A DNA stretch of 64,000 nt from Escherichia coli (GTDB taxonomy: Bacteria > Pseudomonadota > Gammaproteobacteria > Enterobacterales > Enterobacteriaceae). A program made the position numbers and the translations under genes. The notes under the pieces were generated by a model. That model had not been told where the DNA came from. It saw only the letters and a list, made by a program, of their open reading frames with translations, and made no database searches. This document shows positions 10,090 to 21,572 of the stretch, piece after piece. The number at the start of each line of letters is the position of its first letter. The first letter of the stretch is position 1. The stretch lies in assembly GCF_003334765.1 (NCBI RefSeq), contig NZ_QOWT01000023.1. One strand, 5' to 3'.

Positions 10090-10439
10090 TAACTCCTTTC
10101 GAGCACGCAGTCGCTGGTGCAGTGGCTGCGCGCTGCAAAATTATCTGCTGTTTTTAACCTTTTCTTAAAGATTATTTCACTTCTCTTGTGTCGATTTGGC
10201 TTTATCACATAGAGCAAATATGCATAAAAATTTGTTAAATACCGTTTTTTAATCCGAGCTATAGTCTCAAACCCTGGCTAAAGTTATTCTTGCGATGCTT
10301 TTATATAGCGAGCAGTGCTGGCCGGGAGAAAGTTCTCTTTTCTTACACCGCGCCGATAAAAAATATGCACGTTTATTGCATATCTTTCAGTGTGACAACT
10401 TTTGTTCGTTTGTTAACGAACTTTCAGAAGGAAAGAGAT

Positions 10440-11552
10440 ATGACCGCCTTAAATAAAAAATGGCTATCGGGTCTGGTTGCGGGTGCTCTGATGGCCGTCT
10501 CTGTCGGCACGCTCGCGGCTGAACAAAAAACACTCCACATTTATAACTGGTCTGATTATATCGCCCCGGACACGGTGGCCAATTTTGAAAAAGAAACCGG
10601 TATTAAAGTCGTCTACGATGTTTTCGACTCTAACGAAGTACTGGAAGGCAAATTAATGGCCGGGAGTACCGGCTTTGATCTGGTGGTTCCATCTGCCAGC
10701 TTTCTGGAGCGCCAGTTGACTGCGGGAGTTTTCCAGCCGCTGGACAAAAGCAAATTGCCGGAGTGGAAGAATCTCGACCCGGAACTGCTGAAGCTGGTCG
10801 CCAAACACGATCCCGACAATAAATTTGCTATGCCCTATATGTGGGCGACGACCGGGATTGGCTATAACGTTGATAAAGTTAAAGCGGTGCTGGGCGAAAA
10901 CGCGCCCGTCGATAGCTGGGACTTGATCCTCAAACCTGAAAATCTGGAAAAACTGAAAAGCTGCGGTGTCTCTTTCCTGGATGCGCCAGAAGAAGTTTTT
11001 GCTACCGTGTTGAATTATCTCGGCAAAGATCCCAACAGCACTAAAGCGGATGATTACACCGGACCGGCAACAGATCTGCTGTTAAAGCTGCGCCCGAACA
11101 TTCGTTATTTCCATTCATCTCAATACATTAACGACCTGGCAAACGGCGATATTTGCGTCGCTATCGGCTGGGCAGGTGATGTCTGGCAGGCGTCAAACCG
11201 CGCGAAGGAAGCGAAGAATGGCGTGAATGTCTCGTTCTCGATTCCAAAAGAAGGGGCGATGGCGTTCTTTGATGTATTCGCCATGCCTGCGGATGCCAAA
11301 AACAAAGACGAAGCCTATCAGTTCCTGAATTACCTGCTGCGCCCGGATGTAGTAGCGCATATTTCCGACCATGTGTTCTATGCCAACGCCAATAAAGCAG
11401 CCACGCCGCTGGTGAGTGCGGAAGTCCGTGAGAACCCAGGTATTTATCCGCCTGCGGATGTTCGTGCGAAGCTGTTCACTCTGAAAGTGCAGGATCCGAA
11501 AATCGACCGTGTGCGCACCCGCGCGTGGACCAAAGTGAAGAGCGGAAAATAA
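10440..11552 (+). CDS. potF: putrescine ABC transporter periplasmic binding protein
   Basis: 370 aa from the internal ATG: MTALNKKWLSGLVAGALMAVSVGTLAAEQKTLHIYNW... with a signal peptide. Confidence 0.95.
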   Translation: MTALNKKWLSGLVAGALMAVSVGTLAAEQKTLHIYNWSDYIAPDTVANFEKETGIKVVYDVFDSNEVLEGKLMAGSTGFDLVVPSASFLERQLTAGVFQPLDKSKLPEWKNLDPELLKLVAKHDPDNKFAMPYMWATTGIGYNVDKVKAVLGENAPVDSWDLILKPENLEKLKSCGVSFLDAPEEVFATVLNYLGKDPNSTKADDYTGPATDLLLKLRPNIRYFHSSQYINDLANGDICVAIGWAGDVWQASNRAKEAKNGVNVSFSIPKEGAMAFFDVFAMPADAKNKDEAYQFLNYLLRPDVVAHISDHVFYANANKAATPLVSAEVRENPGIYPPADVRAKLFTLKVQDPKIDRVRTRAWTKVKSGK

Positions 11553-11646
11553 TCCGCAGTCGTAGATGCCGGAGGGGCGCACCACACCCGCCGGCAATTC
11601 GCACCATTATGGTGCGCTTGCACACATTCAATGCCGGAGAGCAGCC

Positions 11647-12780
11647 GTGAATGACGCTATCCCTCGCCCGCAGGCGAAAACCCGTAAGGCGCTGACGCCG
11701 CTATTAGAAATCCGCAACCTGACCAAATCCTACGATGGTCAACATGCGGTGGATGATGTCAGCCTGACCATCTACAAAGGTGAAATCTTCGCGCTGCTGG
11801 GCGCATCCGGCTGTGGCAAGTCCACGCTGCTGCGTATGCTGGCAGGTTTCGAACAACCTTCTGCCGGACAGATAATGCTTGATGGCGTCGATTTGTCACA
11901 GGTTCCGCCTTACCTGCGCCCCATCAATATGATGTTTCAGTCTTACGCGCTGTTTCCGCATATGACCGTGGAACAGAACATCGCTTTTGGCCTGAAACAG
12001 GACAAACTACCGAAAGCGGAAATTGCCAGCCGGGTCAATGAGATGCTCGGCCTGGTGCATATGCAGGAGTTCGCCAAACGCAAACCGCATCAGCTTTCCG
12101 GTGGTCAGCGACAACGTGTGGCCCTGGCCCGAAGCCTTGCGAAGCGCCCGAAACTATTACTGCTCGATGAGCCGATGGGCGCGCTGGATAAAAAGCTGCG
12201 TGACCGGATGCAGCTTGAAGTGGTGGATATTCTGGAGCGCGTCGGTGTGACTTGTGTGATGGTCACCCACGATCAGGAAGAGGCGATGACCATGGCGGGG
12301 CGCATCGCCATTATGAATCGTGGGAAATTTGTCCAGATTGGCGAACCGGAAGAGATCTACGAGCATCCGACTACCCGCTATAGCGCCGAATTTATTGGCT
12401 CGGTAAACGTCTTTGAAGGCGTACTCAAAGAGCGTCAGGAAGATGGCCTGGTGCTTGATTCGCCGGGGCTGGTGCATCCACTGAAAGTCGACGCGGATGC
12501 CTCGGTGGTCGATAACGTGCCGGTACATGTGGCGCTGCGCCCGGAAAAAATCATGCTTTGCGAAGAGCCGCCCGCCAATGGTTGTAACTTCGCGGTGGGG
12601 GAGGTGATACACATTGCCTATCTCGGCGATCTTTCGGTGTATCACGTTCGTCTGAAAAGTGGGCAGATGATTAGCGCCCAGCTACAAAACGCCCATCGTC
12701 ATCGTAAAGGGTTACCGACCTGGGGCGACGAAGTGCGTTTGTGCTGGGAAGTGGACAGCTGTGTGGTGCTGACGGTTTAA
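11647..12780 (+). CDS. potG: putrescine ABC transporter ATP-binding protein
   Basis: 377 aa from GTG: (M)NDAIPRPQAKTRKALTPLLEIRNLTKSYDG. Walker A is GASGCGKST, the signature is LSGGQRQR, and Walker B is LLLLDEP. Confidence 0.93.
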   Translation: MNDAIPRPQAKTRKALTPLLEIRNLTKSYDGQHAVDDVSLTIYKGEIFALLGASGCGKSTLLRMLAGFEQPSAGQIMLDGVDLSQVPPYLRPINMMFQSYALFPHMTVEQNIAFGLKQDKLPKAEIASRVNEMLGLVHMQEFAKRKPHQLSGGQRQRVALARSLAKRPKLLLLDEPMGALDKKLRDRMQLEVVDILERVGVTCVMVTHDQEEAMTMAGRIAIMNRGKFVQIGEPEEIYEHPTTRYSAEFIGSVNVFEGVLKERQEDGLVLDSPGLVHPLKVDADASVVDNVPVHVALRPEKIMLCEEPPANGCNFAVGEVIHIAYLGDLSVYHVRLKSGQMISAQLQNAHRHRKGLPTWGDEVRLCWEVDSCVVLTV

Positions 12781-12789
12781 GGAGCAAAG

Positions 12790-13743
12790 ATGAGTACACT
12801 TGAACCTGCTGCCCAGTCGAAACCGCCGGGCGGATTTAAGCTGTGGTTGTCGCAGCTGCAAATGAAGCATGGGCGCAAACTGGTCATTGCGTTGCCATAT
12901 ATCTGGTTGATCTTGCTGTTTCTGCTGCCATTTCTGATTGTCTTTAAAATAAGCCTGGCGGAGATGGCGCGCGCTATTCCACCTTATACCGAACTGATGG
13001 AGTGGGCTGACGGGCAACTGTCCATCACTCTTAATCTCGGTAATTTTCTGCAACTGACCGACGATCCGCTCTATTTCGATGCTTATCTCCAGTCGCTACA
13101 GGTGGCTGCGATTTCGACATTTTGCTGTTTACTGATCGGCTATCCGCTGGCGTGGGCGGTGGCGCACAGTAAGCCTTCGACCCGTAATATTTTATTACTA
13201 CTGGTGATCCTGCCGTCGTGGACCTCGTTTCTGATCCGCGTTTATGCCTGGATGGGAATATTAAAAAACAACGGTGTGCTGAATAATTTTCTGCTGTGGC
13301 TGGGGGTTATCGATCAACCGCTGACCATTCTGCATACCAATCTGGCCGTTTATATCGGCATTGTTTACGCTTACGTGCCGTTTATGGTACTGCCGATTTA
13401 TACCGCGTTGATTCGTATTGATTATTCGCTGGTGGAAGCAGCGCTGGATCTCGGTGCACGACCGCTGAAAACGTTCTTTACTGTGATCGTGCCGCTGACT
13501 AAAGGTGGGATTATTGCCGGATCGATGCTGGTGTTTATCCCGGCTGTGGGCGAGTTTGTGATCCCGGAACTGCTCGGTGGCCCGGACAGCATCATGATCG
13601 GGCGCGTGCTATGGCAAGAGTTTTTCAATAACCGCGACTGGCCGGTGGCCTCGGCGGTAGCGATCATCATGTTGCTGCTGCTAATTGTGCCGATAATGTG
13701 GTTCCACAAACACCAGCAAAAAAGCGTGGGAGAACACGGATGA
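12790..13743 (+). CDS. potH: putrescine ABC transporter permease
   Basis: 317-aa polytopic ORF in pot operon order. Confidence 0.93.
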   Translation: MSTLEPAAQSKPPGGFKLWLSQLQMKHGRKLVIALPYIWLILLFLLPFLIVFKISLAEMARAIPPYTELMEWADGQLSITLNLGNFLQLTDDPLYFDAYLQSLQVAAISTFCCLLIGYPLAWAVAHSKPSTRNILLLLVILPSWTSFLIRVYAWMGILKNNGVLNNFLLWLGVIDQPLTILHTNLAVYIGIVYAYVPFMVLPIYTALIRIDYSLVEAALDLGARPLKTFFTVIVPLTKGGIIAGSMLVFIPAVGEFVIPELLGGPDSIMIGRVLWQEFFNNRDWPVASAVAIIMLLLLIVPIMWFHKHQQKSVGEHG

Positions 13744-14585
13744 ATAATTTACCGGTAGTTCGTTCGCCCTGGCGGATTGTGATTTTGCTGCTGGGCTTTA
13801 CCTTTCTCTACGCGCCAATGCTGATGCTGGTTATCTATTCGTTTAACAGCTCGAAGCTGGTGACGGTGTGGGCCGGCTGGTCAACGCGCTGGTATGGTGA
13901 GTTATTGCGCGATGACGCGATGATGAGTGCGGTTGGTTTAAGTCTGACAATTGCGGCCTGTGCGGCGACGGCGGCGGCGATCCTCGGAACTATTGCGGCG
14001 GTGGTGCTGGTGCGCTTTGGCAGGTTTCGCGGATCAAATGGCTTTGCCTTTATGATCACCGCGCCGCTGGTAATGCCAGATGTCATCACGGGCTTGTCGC
14101 TGTTGTTATTATTCGTCGCGCTTGCTCATGCCATTGGCTGGCCTGCGGACCGCGGTATGCTCACCATCTGGCTGGCGCATGTCACTTTTTGTACGGCTTA
14201 TGTGGCGGTCGTTATTTCTTCAAGATTGCGGGAACTGGATCGCTCGATAGAAGAAGCAGCGATGGATCTCGGTGCGACGCCGCTGAAAGTGTTTTTCGTC
14301 ATTACGCTACCGATGATCATGCCCGCGATCATTTCTGGCTGGTTACTGGCTTTTACTTTGTCGCTTGATGATCTGGTGATCGCCAGCTTTGTTTCCGGGC
14401 CGGGAGCCACCACGTTACCGATGCTGGTCTTTTCCAGCGTGCGGATGGGGGTGAATCCGGAAATCAACGCCCTGGCAACATTGATCCTCGGCGCGGTCGG
14501 AATTGTCGGATTTATCGCCTGGTATCTGATGGCTCGCGCAGAAAAACAGCGGATACGCGACATCCAGCGTGCAAGACGTGGCTGA
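13740..14585 (+). CDS. potI: putrescine ABC transporter permease
   Basis: 281 aa from the internal ATG, MNNLPVVRSPWRIVILLLGF. It overlaps potH by 4 bp (ATGA). Confidence 0.93.
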   Translation: MNNLPVVRSPWRIVILLLGFTFLYAPMLMLVIYSFNSSKLVTVWAGWSTRWYGELLRDDAMMSAVGLSLTIAACAATAAAILGTIAAVVLVRFGRFRGSNGFAFMITAPLVMPDVITGLSLLLLFVALAHAIGWPADRGMLTIWLAHVTFCTAYVAVVISSRLRELDRSIEEAAMDLGATPLKVFFVITLPMIMPAIISGWLLAFTLSLDDLVIASFVSGPGATTLPMLVFSSVRMGVNPEINALATLILGAVGIVGFIAWYLMARAEKQRIRDIQRARRG

Positions 14586-14644
14586 AGACACTAAAATTTG
14601 CCAACCTGGCTACATAATGCCGCGCATGTCGCGGCATTGTTTTC

Positions 14645-15133
14645 ATGGAAGACGAAACGTTGGGATTTTTTAAGAAAACATCTTCATCTCATGCTCGCCT
14701 GAATGTGCCTGCGCTGGTGCAGGTGGCGGCGCTCGCCATTATTATGATCCGTGGCCTCGACGTGCTGATGATTTTCAATACGCTGGGCGTGCGCGGTATT
14801 GGCGAGTTCATTCATCGCAGCGTACAAACCTGGAGTTTAACGCTGGTCTTTTTAAGCAGTCTGGTGCTGGTTTTCATTGAGATCTGGTGTGCGTTTTCAC
14901 TGGTGAAAGGGCGTCGCTGGGCGCGCTGGCTATATCTGCTGACACAAATCACCGCCGCAAGTTACTTGTGGGCGGCTTCGCTGGGGTACGGTTATCCGGA
15001 GCTGTTCAGCATTCCCGGTGAATCAAAACGTGAAATCTTCCATAGCCTGATGCTGCAGAAGCTGCCGGATATGCTCATCCTGATGCTGCTGTTCGTTCCC
15101 TCGACCAGTCGGCGGTTCTTCCAGTTGCAATAA
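14645..15133 (+). CDS. ybjO: inner membrane protein YbjO
   Basis: 162-aa ORF MEDETLGFFKKTSSSHARLNVPALVQ... Confidence 0.88.
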   Translation: MEDETLGFFKKTSSSHARLNVPALVQVAALAIIMIRGLDVLMIFNTLGVRGIGEFIHRSVQTWSLTLVFLSSLVLVFIEIWCAFSLVKGRRWARWLYLLTQITAASYLWAASLGYGYPELFSIPGESKREIFHSLMLQKLPDMLILMLLFVPSTSRRFFQLQ

Positions 15134-15173
15134 TGTGTATAATCGTCGCCCCTGATGATGTGAAGGTCAATGT

Positions 15174-16301
15174 ATGCAGTGCGCACTTTACGACGCGGGT
15201 CGCTGTCGTTCCTGTCAGTGGATAATGCAGCCGATTCCAGAGCAACTCTCCGCTAAAACCGCCGATCTTAAAAATCTGCTCGCCGACTTTCCGGTTGAGG
15301 AATGGTGCGCGCCGGTGTCAGGCCCGGAACAAGGGTTTCGTAATAAAGCCAAAATGGTGGTGAGTGGTAGCGTTGAAAAACCACTGCTCGGTATGCTGCA
15401 TCGCGATGGCACACCAGAAGACCTTTGTGACTGCCCGCTTTATCCTGCCTCATTTGCGCCCGTTTTTGCGGCGCTAAAACCGTTTATCGCCCGAGCGGGG
15501 TTAACGCCCTACAACGTGGCGCGTAAGCGTGGCGAACTGAAATACATTCTGCTGACTGAAAGCCAGAGTGATGGAGGCATGATGCTGCGCTTTGTACTGC
15601 GTTCTGATACCAAGCTGGCGCAACTGCGTAAGGCGCTGCCGTGGTTACACGAACAACTACCGCAGCTGAAAGTTATTACCGTCAATATTCAGCCGGTACA
15701 TATGGCGATTATGGAAGGGGAGACGGAGATCTACCTGACCGAACAACAGGCACTGGCGGAGCGTTTTAATGACGTACCGCTGTGGATCCGTCCGCAAAGT
15801 TTCTTCCAGACTAATCCGGCGGTCGCCAGCCAGTTGTACGCCACCGCGCGCGACTGGGTACGACAGCTGCCGGTTAAACATATGTGGGATCTGTTCTGCG
15901 GTGTGGGGGGCTTTGGTTTACACTGCGCGACGCCTGACATGCAGTTAACCGGGATCGAAATTGCATCAGAGGCCATTGCCTGTGCAAAGCAGTCAGCCGC
16001 TGAACTGGGCTTAACGCGTTTGCAATTTCAGGCGCTGGACTCCACTCAGTTTGCCACCGCTCAGGGGGATGTGCCGGAGCTGGTGCTGGTTAACCCGCCG
16101 CGCCGCGGCATTGGTAAACCGCTGTGTGATTATCTCTCAACGATGGCACCGCGTTTTATCATCTACTCCAGCTGTAACGCCCAAACTATGGCGAAAGATA
16201 TCCGCGAACTGCCTGGGTTTCGTATTGAACGGGTGCAGCTTTTCGATATGTTCCCGCATACCGCGCACTATGAAGTGCTGACGCTGCTGGTGAAGCAATA
16301 A
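15174..16301 (+). CDS. rlmC: 23S rRNA m5U747 methyltransferase
   Basis: 375-aa [28 protein letters not shown]... with an N-terminal Cys cluster and a SAM-MTase C-terminus (RumB/YbjF). Confidence 0.93.
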
Positions 16302-16350
16302 AAAAGCCGCATGTGCGGCTTCAGATTGCTGACAAAGTGCGCGTTGTTTA

Positions 16351-16450
<100 letters not shown>

Positions 16451-16499
16451 ATTTTACCTTTGTCATCAGTCTCAAGCCGCGGTTGCGGCTTTCTGAATC

Positions 16500-17231
16500 T
16501 TACTGTGGGAACCACTGGTCACTGATTTTTTGATAAGTACCGTCAGCTTTAATTGCTGCCAGCGCGTTATTCAGTTTTTCCAGCAGGGCTTTGTTATCCG
16601 GACGTACAGCGATGCCCAGGCCGGTGCCAAAATATTGCGGATCGGTCACTTTCTCAGTAGCAACACCAAGTTGTGGATTGGTTTTCAGCCATTCGTTTAC
16701 CACCGCTGTGTCACCAAATACCCCATCAATACGACCATTTTTCAGATCGATAAAGGCATTCTGATAACTGTCATAAGAGACAGTTTTCACTTCCGGGTGC
16801 TGATCCTGAATATATTTCTGGTGCGTAGTACCGTTTTCCATCCCAATACGTTTGCCTTTCAGATCGGCAAACGTTTTGTAGGTATCTTTTTTGGCAATCA
16901 CGACGGCTGAGTTTTCATAGTAGGGCGTGGTAAACGATACCTGTTTGCTACGCTCCGGGGTGATATCCATACCGGAGATTACGGCGTCATATTTTCTGAA
17001 TTTCAGGGACGGGATCAGGCTGTCGAACGCGTGATTAGTAAAAGTACATTCTGCCTGCATTTGTTTGCACAAGGCTTTTGCCAGATCGATATCAAAGCCG
17101 ACAATCTCATTATTAGCACCTATAGATTCAAAGGGTGGATAGGTGGCTGAAACGCCAAAATTGATTTTCTCTGCGGCAGAAGCACCGAAAGTAAAGGAAG
17201 CAAGTAAAGCGGCAAGAACTAACTTTTTCAT
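16500..17231 (-). CDS. artJ: arginine ABC transporter periplasmic binding protein
   Basis: 243 aa from the internal ATG: MKKLVLAALLASFTFGASAAEKINFGVSATYPPFES... Confidence 0.95.
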   Translation of the reverse strand: MKKLVLAALLASFTFGASAAEKINFGVSATYPPFESIGANNEIVGFDIDLAKALCKQMQAECTFTNHAFDSLIPSLKFRKYDAVISGMDITPERSKQVSFTTPYYENSAVVIAKKDTYKTFADLKGKRIGMENGTTHQKYIQDQHPEVKTVSYDSYQNAFIDLKNGRIDGVFGDTAVVNEWLKTNPQLGVATEKVTDPQYFGTGLGIAVRPDNKALLEKLNNALAAIKADGTYQKISDQWFPQ

Positions 17232-17300
17232 GATGGAACTCCCGTCTGTCAATCTTATGATTTTTGGCCGTGTCTGCGGCATGGGATAACAATGCCATCA

Positions 17301-17339
17301 AGTGAATTTATATGCAATAAACATGATTAAATAATTTAA
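17301..17339 (-). promoter_or_regulatory. candidate tandem ARG boxes (ArgR operator) upstream of artJ
   Basis: AGTGAATTTATATGCAAT, then 3 bp, then CATGATTAAATAATTTAA. The first half fits the TGAAT-N4-ATkCA consensus and the second is weaker. artJ is known to be ArgR-repressed. Confidence 0.45.
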
Positions 17340-17405
17340 ATGAAATAAAAAAGACGGACAACTTAGTGGGTTGTCCGTCTTCATTATAAGAATTTATGCA
17401 CTATG

Positions 17406-17491
17406 TAGGCCGGATAAGGCGTCCCCGCCGCATCCGGCACAGGCACCGTGCTGATGTCTGATGCGACGCTGGCGCGTCTTATCAGACCTAC
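17406..17491. repeat. BIME (two REP units)
   Basis: GTAGGCCGGATAAGGCGTCCCCGCCGCATCCGGCA and TGATGTCTGATGCGACGCTGGCGCGTCTTATCAGACCTAC. Confidence 0.85.
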
Positions 17492-17521
17492 AAAACCCCC
17501 CGGCGAATGTACGCAGCCACA

Positions 17522-18190
17522 TTAATTTCGCCGTTCGAATGCCAGCGCTTTGCGCTCGATCAGACGCATCATCAGCGTCAGCAGGCCGTTAACGACCAGG
17601 TAAATAATCCCTGCCGCACCGAACACCATTACATCGTAGGTGCGTCCGTACAACAACTGGCTGTATCCCATCACTTCCATCAGCGTAATGGTGTATGCCA
17701 GAGAGGTACTTTTGAATACCAGCACCACTTCGTTGGAATAAGAAGAGAGCGAGCGTTTAAAGGCATACGGCAGCAGGATCGCCAGCGTATCTTTTTTGCT
17801 CATTCCCAGGGCGCTACAGGACTGCCACTGACCTTCCGGGATCGCACGAATTGCACCGTAAAACAGCTGCGTGGTATACGCCGCACTATTCAGCGACAAC
17901 GCAATCAGCGCACATAACCACGGTTCTGACAACAAATGCCACAGTGCCGGATACTCCTGCAAAGTCGGAAACTGGCCCGGCCCGTAATAAATCAGGAAGA
18001 TCTGCACCAGCAGCGGCGTACCGGTAAACAGCGTGATATAACCCCGCACCAGCCACACCAGCACCGGCGTTTTCAGCGTCAGGATGATGGTAAAAATCAA
18101 TGCCAGAATCAGTGCCACAATCAGCGAGGCAACGGTTAGCGTCAGGCTGGTGTGTAGCCCTTTCATCAGTTCGGGTAAATACTCAAACAT
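17522..18190 (-). CDS. artM: arginine ABC transporter permease
   Basis: 222-aa polytopic ORF in the artPIQM order. Confidence 0.93.
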   Translation of the reverse strand: MFEYLPELMKGLHTSLTLTVASLIVALILALIFTIILTLKTPVLVWLVRGYITLFTGTPLLVQIFLIYYGPGQFPTLQEYPALWHLLSEPWLCALIALSLNSAAYTTQLFYGAIRAIPEGQWQSCSALGMSKKDTLAILLPYAFKRSLSSYSNEVVLVFKSTSLAYTITLMEVMGYSQLLYGRTYDVMVFGAAGIIYLVVNGLLTLMMRLIERKALAFERRN

Positions 18191-18906
18191 TAGCTGGGCC
18201 TCCGCTCAAAACGTGTCGCGCGCAGGTCAATGCGTTTGAGAATGTACTGACTGAGCAGGGTGATCACCAGGTAAATCGCCGCCGCCACAATGTACCAGGT
18301 AAATGGTTCCTGGGTACGAGTAGCGATGCTTTTTGTTTGCAGCATTAAATCATTCACACTAATCAAACTGACCAGCGCGGTATCTTTCAGCAGCACCAGC
18401 CACTGGTTACCGAGGCCAGGCAGCGCATGACGCCACATCTGCGGCATCACCAGACGGAAAAAGATAGCCGATTTCGACAGCCCCAGCGCCTGACCAGACT
18501 CCCACTGACCCACCGGCACCGCTTTCAACGCGCCCCGAAGCGTTTGCGAGGCATAGGCGGCATACAGCAGTGACAGAGCGATGACACCACAAAGGAACGG
18601 GCTAACGTCGAAGTTCTCAATGTCCATCTGCACTGGGATCTGCACGAACCCAAGATTGATAGTGAAGCCATCCGAAAGCGTCAGCAGCAGCTGCGAGGAG
18701 CCAAAATAGATAAACAGCACCACCAGAATTTCTGGCAGGCCACGCAGAATGGTTACCAGCGCTGAACCTGCCCACGCGACAGGACGCCATTTTGCCGACT
18801 CCCATACCGCAAAGAACATCGCCAGCGCCAGCCCGACAATCAATGCACAAACGGCAAGGCCGACGGTCATCCCGGCGGCGCTTGCTAAAGGAAAAAATTC
18901 ATTCAT
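18190..18906 (-). CDS. artQ: arginine ABC transporter permease
   Basis: 238-aa polytopic ORF abutting artM. Confidence 0.93.
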
Positions 18907-18912
18907 CAGGAA

Positions 18913-19644
18913 TTACTTCTGGAACCATTTGTTGTAGATGGTTTCGTAAGTGCCATCTTTCTTCACTTTTTCCAGCGCAGTGTTGAGTTTCTGCTGCAGC
19001 TCAGTGTTGCCCTGACGTACCGCGATGCCGAGGCCAGTGCCGAAGTAATCTTTATCGGTCACTTTGTCGCCCACCGCCGCCAGTTTCGGGTTATCTTTCA
19101 GCCACTCAGTGACCACTGCGGTGTCACCGAAGACGCCGTCGATACGCCCGTTTTGCAGATCCAGTTTTGCGTTCTGGTAGCTGTCATACGGAACGGTAGT
19201 GATTTCCGGGTGCTTATCCATAATGAATTTCTGGTGTGTCGTCCCGTTCTGTACGCCGACTTTTTTGCCTTTCAGCTGATCAACACTGGTGTATTTGCCT
19301 TGCTGACCCACAAACAGGGCAGAGTTGTCATAGTACGGGGTGGTAAACAGCACCTGCTTTTCACGCTCCGGAGTGATATCCATGCCCGCCATCACGGCTT
19401 CTACGCGACGGAATTTCAGGCTTGGGATCAGGCTGTCAAACGCCTGGTTAGAGAAAGTGCAGGTTGCATCAATCTCTTTACACAGCGCTTGTGCCAGGTC
19501 GACGTCAAAACCAACGATCTGGTTGTTTGCATCAATCGATTCAAACGGAGGATAGGAGGCTTCGGTAGCAAAACGAATGGTTTCGGCAGCTGTGGCGGAA
19601 AGACTAAAACCTGCAATTAACGCGGCAATCAGAACTTTTTTCAT
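18913..19644 (-). CDS. artI: arginine-binding periplasmic protein
   Basis: 243-aa ORF MKKVLIAALIAGFSLSATAAETIRFATEASYPPFES..., a paralog of artJ. Confidence 0.95.
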   Translation of the reverse strand: MKKVLIAALIAGFSLSATAAETIRFATEASYPPFESIDANNQIVGFDVDLAQALCKEIDATCTFSNQAFDSLIPSLKFRRVEAVMAGMDITPEREKQVLFTTPYYDNSALFVGQQGKYTSVDQLKGKKVGVQNGTTHQKFIMDKHPEITTVPYDSYQNAKLDLQNGRIDGVFGDTAVVTEWLKDNPKLAAVGDKVTDKDYFGTGLGIAVRQGNTELQQKLNTALEKVKKDGTYETIYNKWFQK

Positions 19645-19661
19645 TGTTGTTATCCCGAATC

Positions 19662-20390
19662 TTAGTGAGAGAGATAGTTTTTAAATGCTTCGGTTTGCGG
19701 CTCGGTAAAGCAGCTCGCGTCGCCTTGTTCTACGATATGACCATTTTCCATATACACCACTCGGCTGGCGGTTTTACGCGCCACTTCAACTTCGTGGGTG
19801 ACGATCACCTGGGTAATATTCGTTTCTGCCAGCTCACGAATGATGCTGACGATTTGTGCCGTAATTTCCGGGTCCAGTGCGGCGGTCGGTTCATCGAACA
19901 GCAGTACCTGCGGTTCCATCATCAACGCACGGGCAATAGCAACACGCTGCTGCTGACCACCAGAAAGATGCAGCGGGTAACGATCGCTATAAGGTTTGAG
20001 ACGCAGACGTTCCAGCAGTTTTTCTGCACGGGCCAGCGCCTGATCTTTACTCAACCCCAGTACACGGCAGGGCGCTTCAATCAGGTTTTGCTGCACGGTC
20101 AGATGCGGCCACAGGTTGTATTGCTGAAACACCATGCCAACGTTACGACGCAAATCGCGAATCGCTTTGTCAGAGGGTGTTTTGGTGAAATCGAAATGGT
20201 TGCCTGCAATGTTGAGCGTACCGGAGCGCGGCATCTCAAGCAGATTGAGTACACGCAGCAGCGAGCTTTTACCCGCGCCGCTGGGGCCAAGTAACACCAG
20301 CGTTTCGCCCTGTGGGCAATCCAGCGTGATATCGAACAGCGCCTGATGCGCGCCGTAGAAGCAATTAATGCCGTTTAATTGAATACTCAT
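19662..20390 (-). CDS. artP: arginine ABC transporter ATP-binding protein
   Basis: 242 aa from the internal [26 protein letters not shown]. Walker A is GPSGAGKSS, the signature is LSGGQQQR, and Walker B is VLLFDEP. Confidence 0.95.
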
Positions 20391-20607
20391 TGACACTCGT
20401 ATACTGGCAGTCTGATAGCTATTGAGGTCGAAGATAGTACCTTTGACAGAATAATTATGCAATATTTCTGCTTTAAAAGTTAAAAGCAAAGCGCATTATT
20501 CAATAAACATAGCACAAAATAACGGGGGCGGTGGTCGGCGAGCATAAATGTCGGCATTCCTCACGAAATGCCGGACAATTTACGGGGTTTATTGGTTGAT
20601 CAAGGCG

Positions 20608-21123
20608 TTAGCGATTCTCGATGGACTGACGGAGCGTACCCGCCGTGGCATGAACGCTACCGCCTAAGTAACGCACATCGTCGATGACCCAACACTGGCC
20701 TTCCTGAATCATTAACACTTCATCCTGCCAACCCTGGTCACCCTGTTTGAGATCCACGCGCAATGGAATGTTACGGGCATCACGATTAGGGATAGTCGAT
20801 GCACTGGCAACGTGGGCGCTATCTGGCAAGGTGGTTCGACTGGAGAATGGATCGTTGGTCAGTAGTTCCCGATGGTTATTATCCCGGGAGGCATCGCTAA
20901 GCAGTGTCGCCAGTTTGTCGCTCAGATAAGGGCGCAAGGCGGTGATGTCGTTGCTGCGGTGCAAAATGCGGTAGTCATAAAATTGCTGGGCCACGTTATC
21001 CGGGCCTCCTTCAACGCAAGGACCACTGCGTGTGCCGTTATCTTTATAAGCTGGAGTGACTGTGGTGCAGGCACTGAGGAGCAGTGCGCAGGGGATAAGC
21101 ATTGTCAATTTGCTGTAGCGCAT
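20608..21123 (-). CDS. ybjP: lipoprotein YbjP
   Basis: 171-aa ORF with the lipobox LLLSAC. Confidence 0.9.
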   Translation of the reverse strand: MRYSKLTMLIPCALLLSACTTVTPAYKDNGTRSGPCVEGGPDNVAQQFYDYRILHRSNDITALRPYLSDKLATLLSDASRDNNHRELLTNDPFSSRTTLPDSAHVASASTIPNRDARNIPLRVDLKQGDQGWQDEVLMIQEGQCWVIDDVRYLGGSVHATAGTLRQSIENR

Positions 21124-21248
21124 AATGATTTCCTTATAAGCGATCGCTCTGAAAGCGTTCTACGATAATAATGATATCCTTTCAATAATAGCGTATCAGT
21201 CTGATAATGCTTTTGAGATCGAAGGCTTAGCAAACAAGGAGATCGATC

Positions 21249-21572
21249 ATGCAATTTTCTACAACCCCAACTCTGGAAGGCCAGACCATCGTTGAATATT
21301 GCGGTGTGGTGACCGGCGAAGCGATTTTAGGTGCCAATATTTTCCGTGATTTCTTTGCCGGTATCCGCGATATCGTTGGCGGACGTTCCGGTGCGTATGA
21401 AAAAGAACTGCGTAAAGCACGGGAGATCGCCTTTGAGGAATTAGGCTCCCAGGCGCGGGCGCTGGGGGCCGATGCCGTCGTCGGTATTGATATCGACTAC
21501 GAAACGGTCGGGCAAAACGGCAGTATGCTGATGGTTAGCGTCAGCGGTACGGCGGTGAAAACGCGTCGATGA
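21249..21572 (+). CDS. ybjQ: UPF0145 protein YbjQ
   Basis: 107-aa [35 protein letters not shown]... Confidence 0.9.

Noticed and set aside
19644-20294. 216-aa plus-strand ORF opposite artP. Similar antisense ORFs lie opposite clpA, macB, hcp, rimK and potG.
   Set aside because: These are shadow ORFs of well-supported genes. Their translations are low-complexity and lack motifs.
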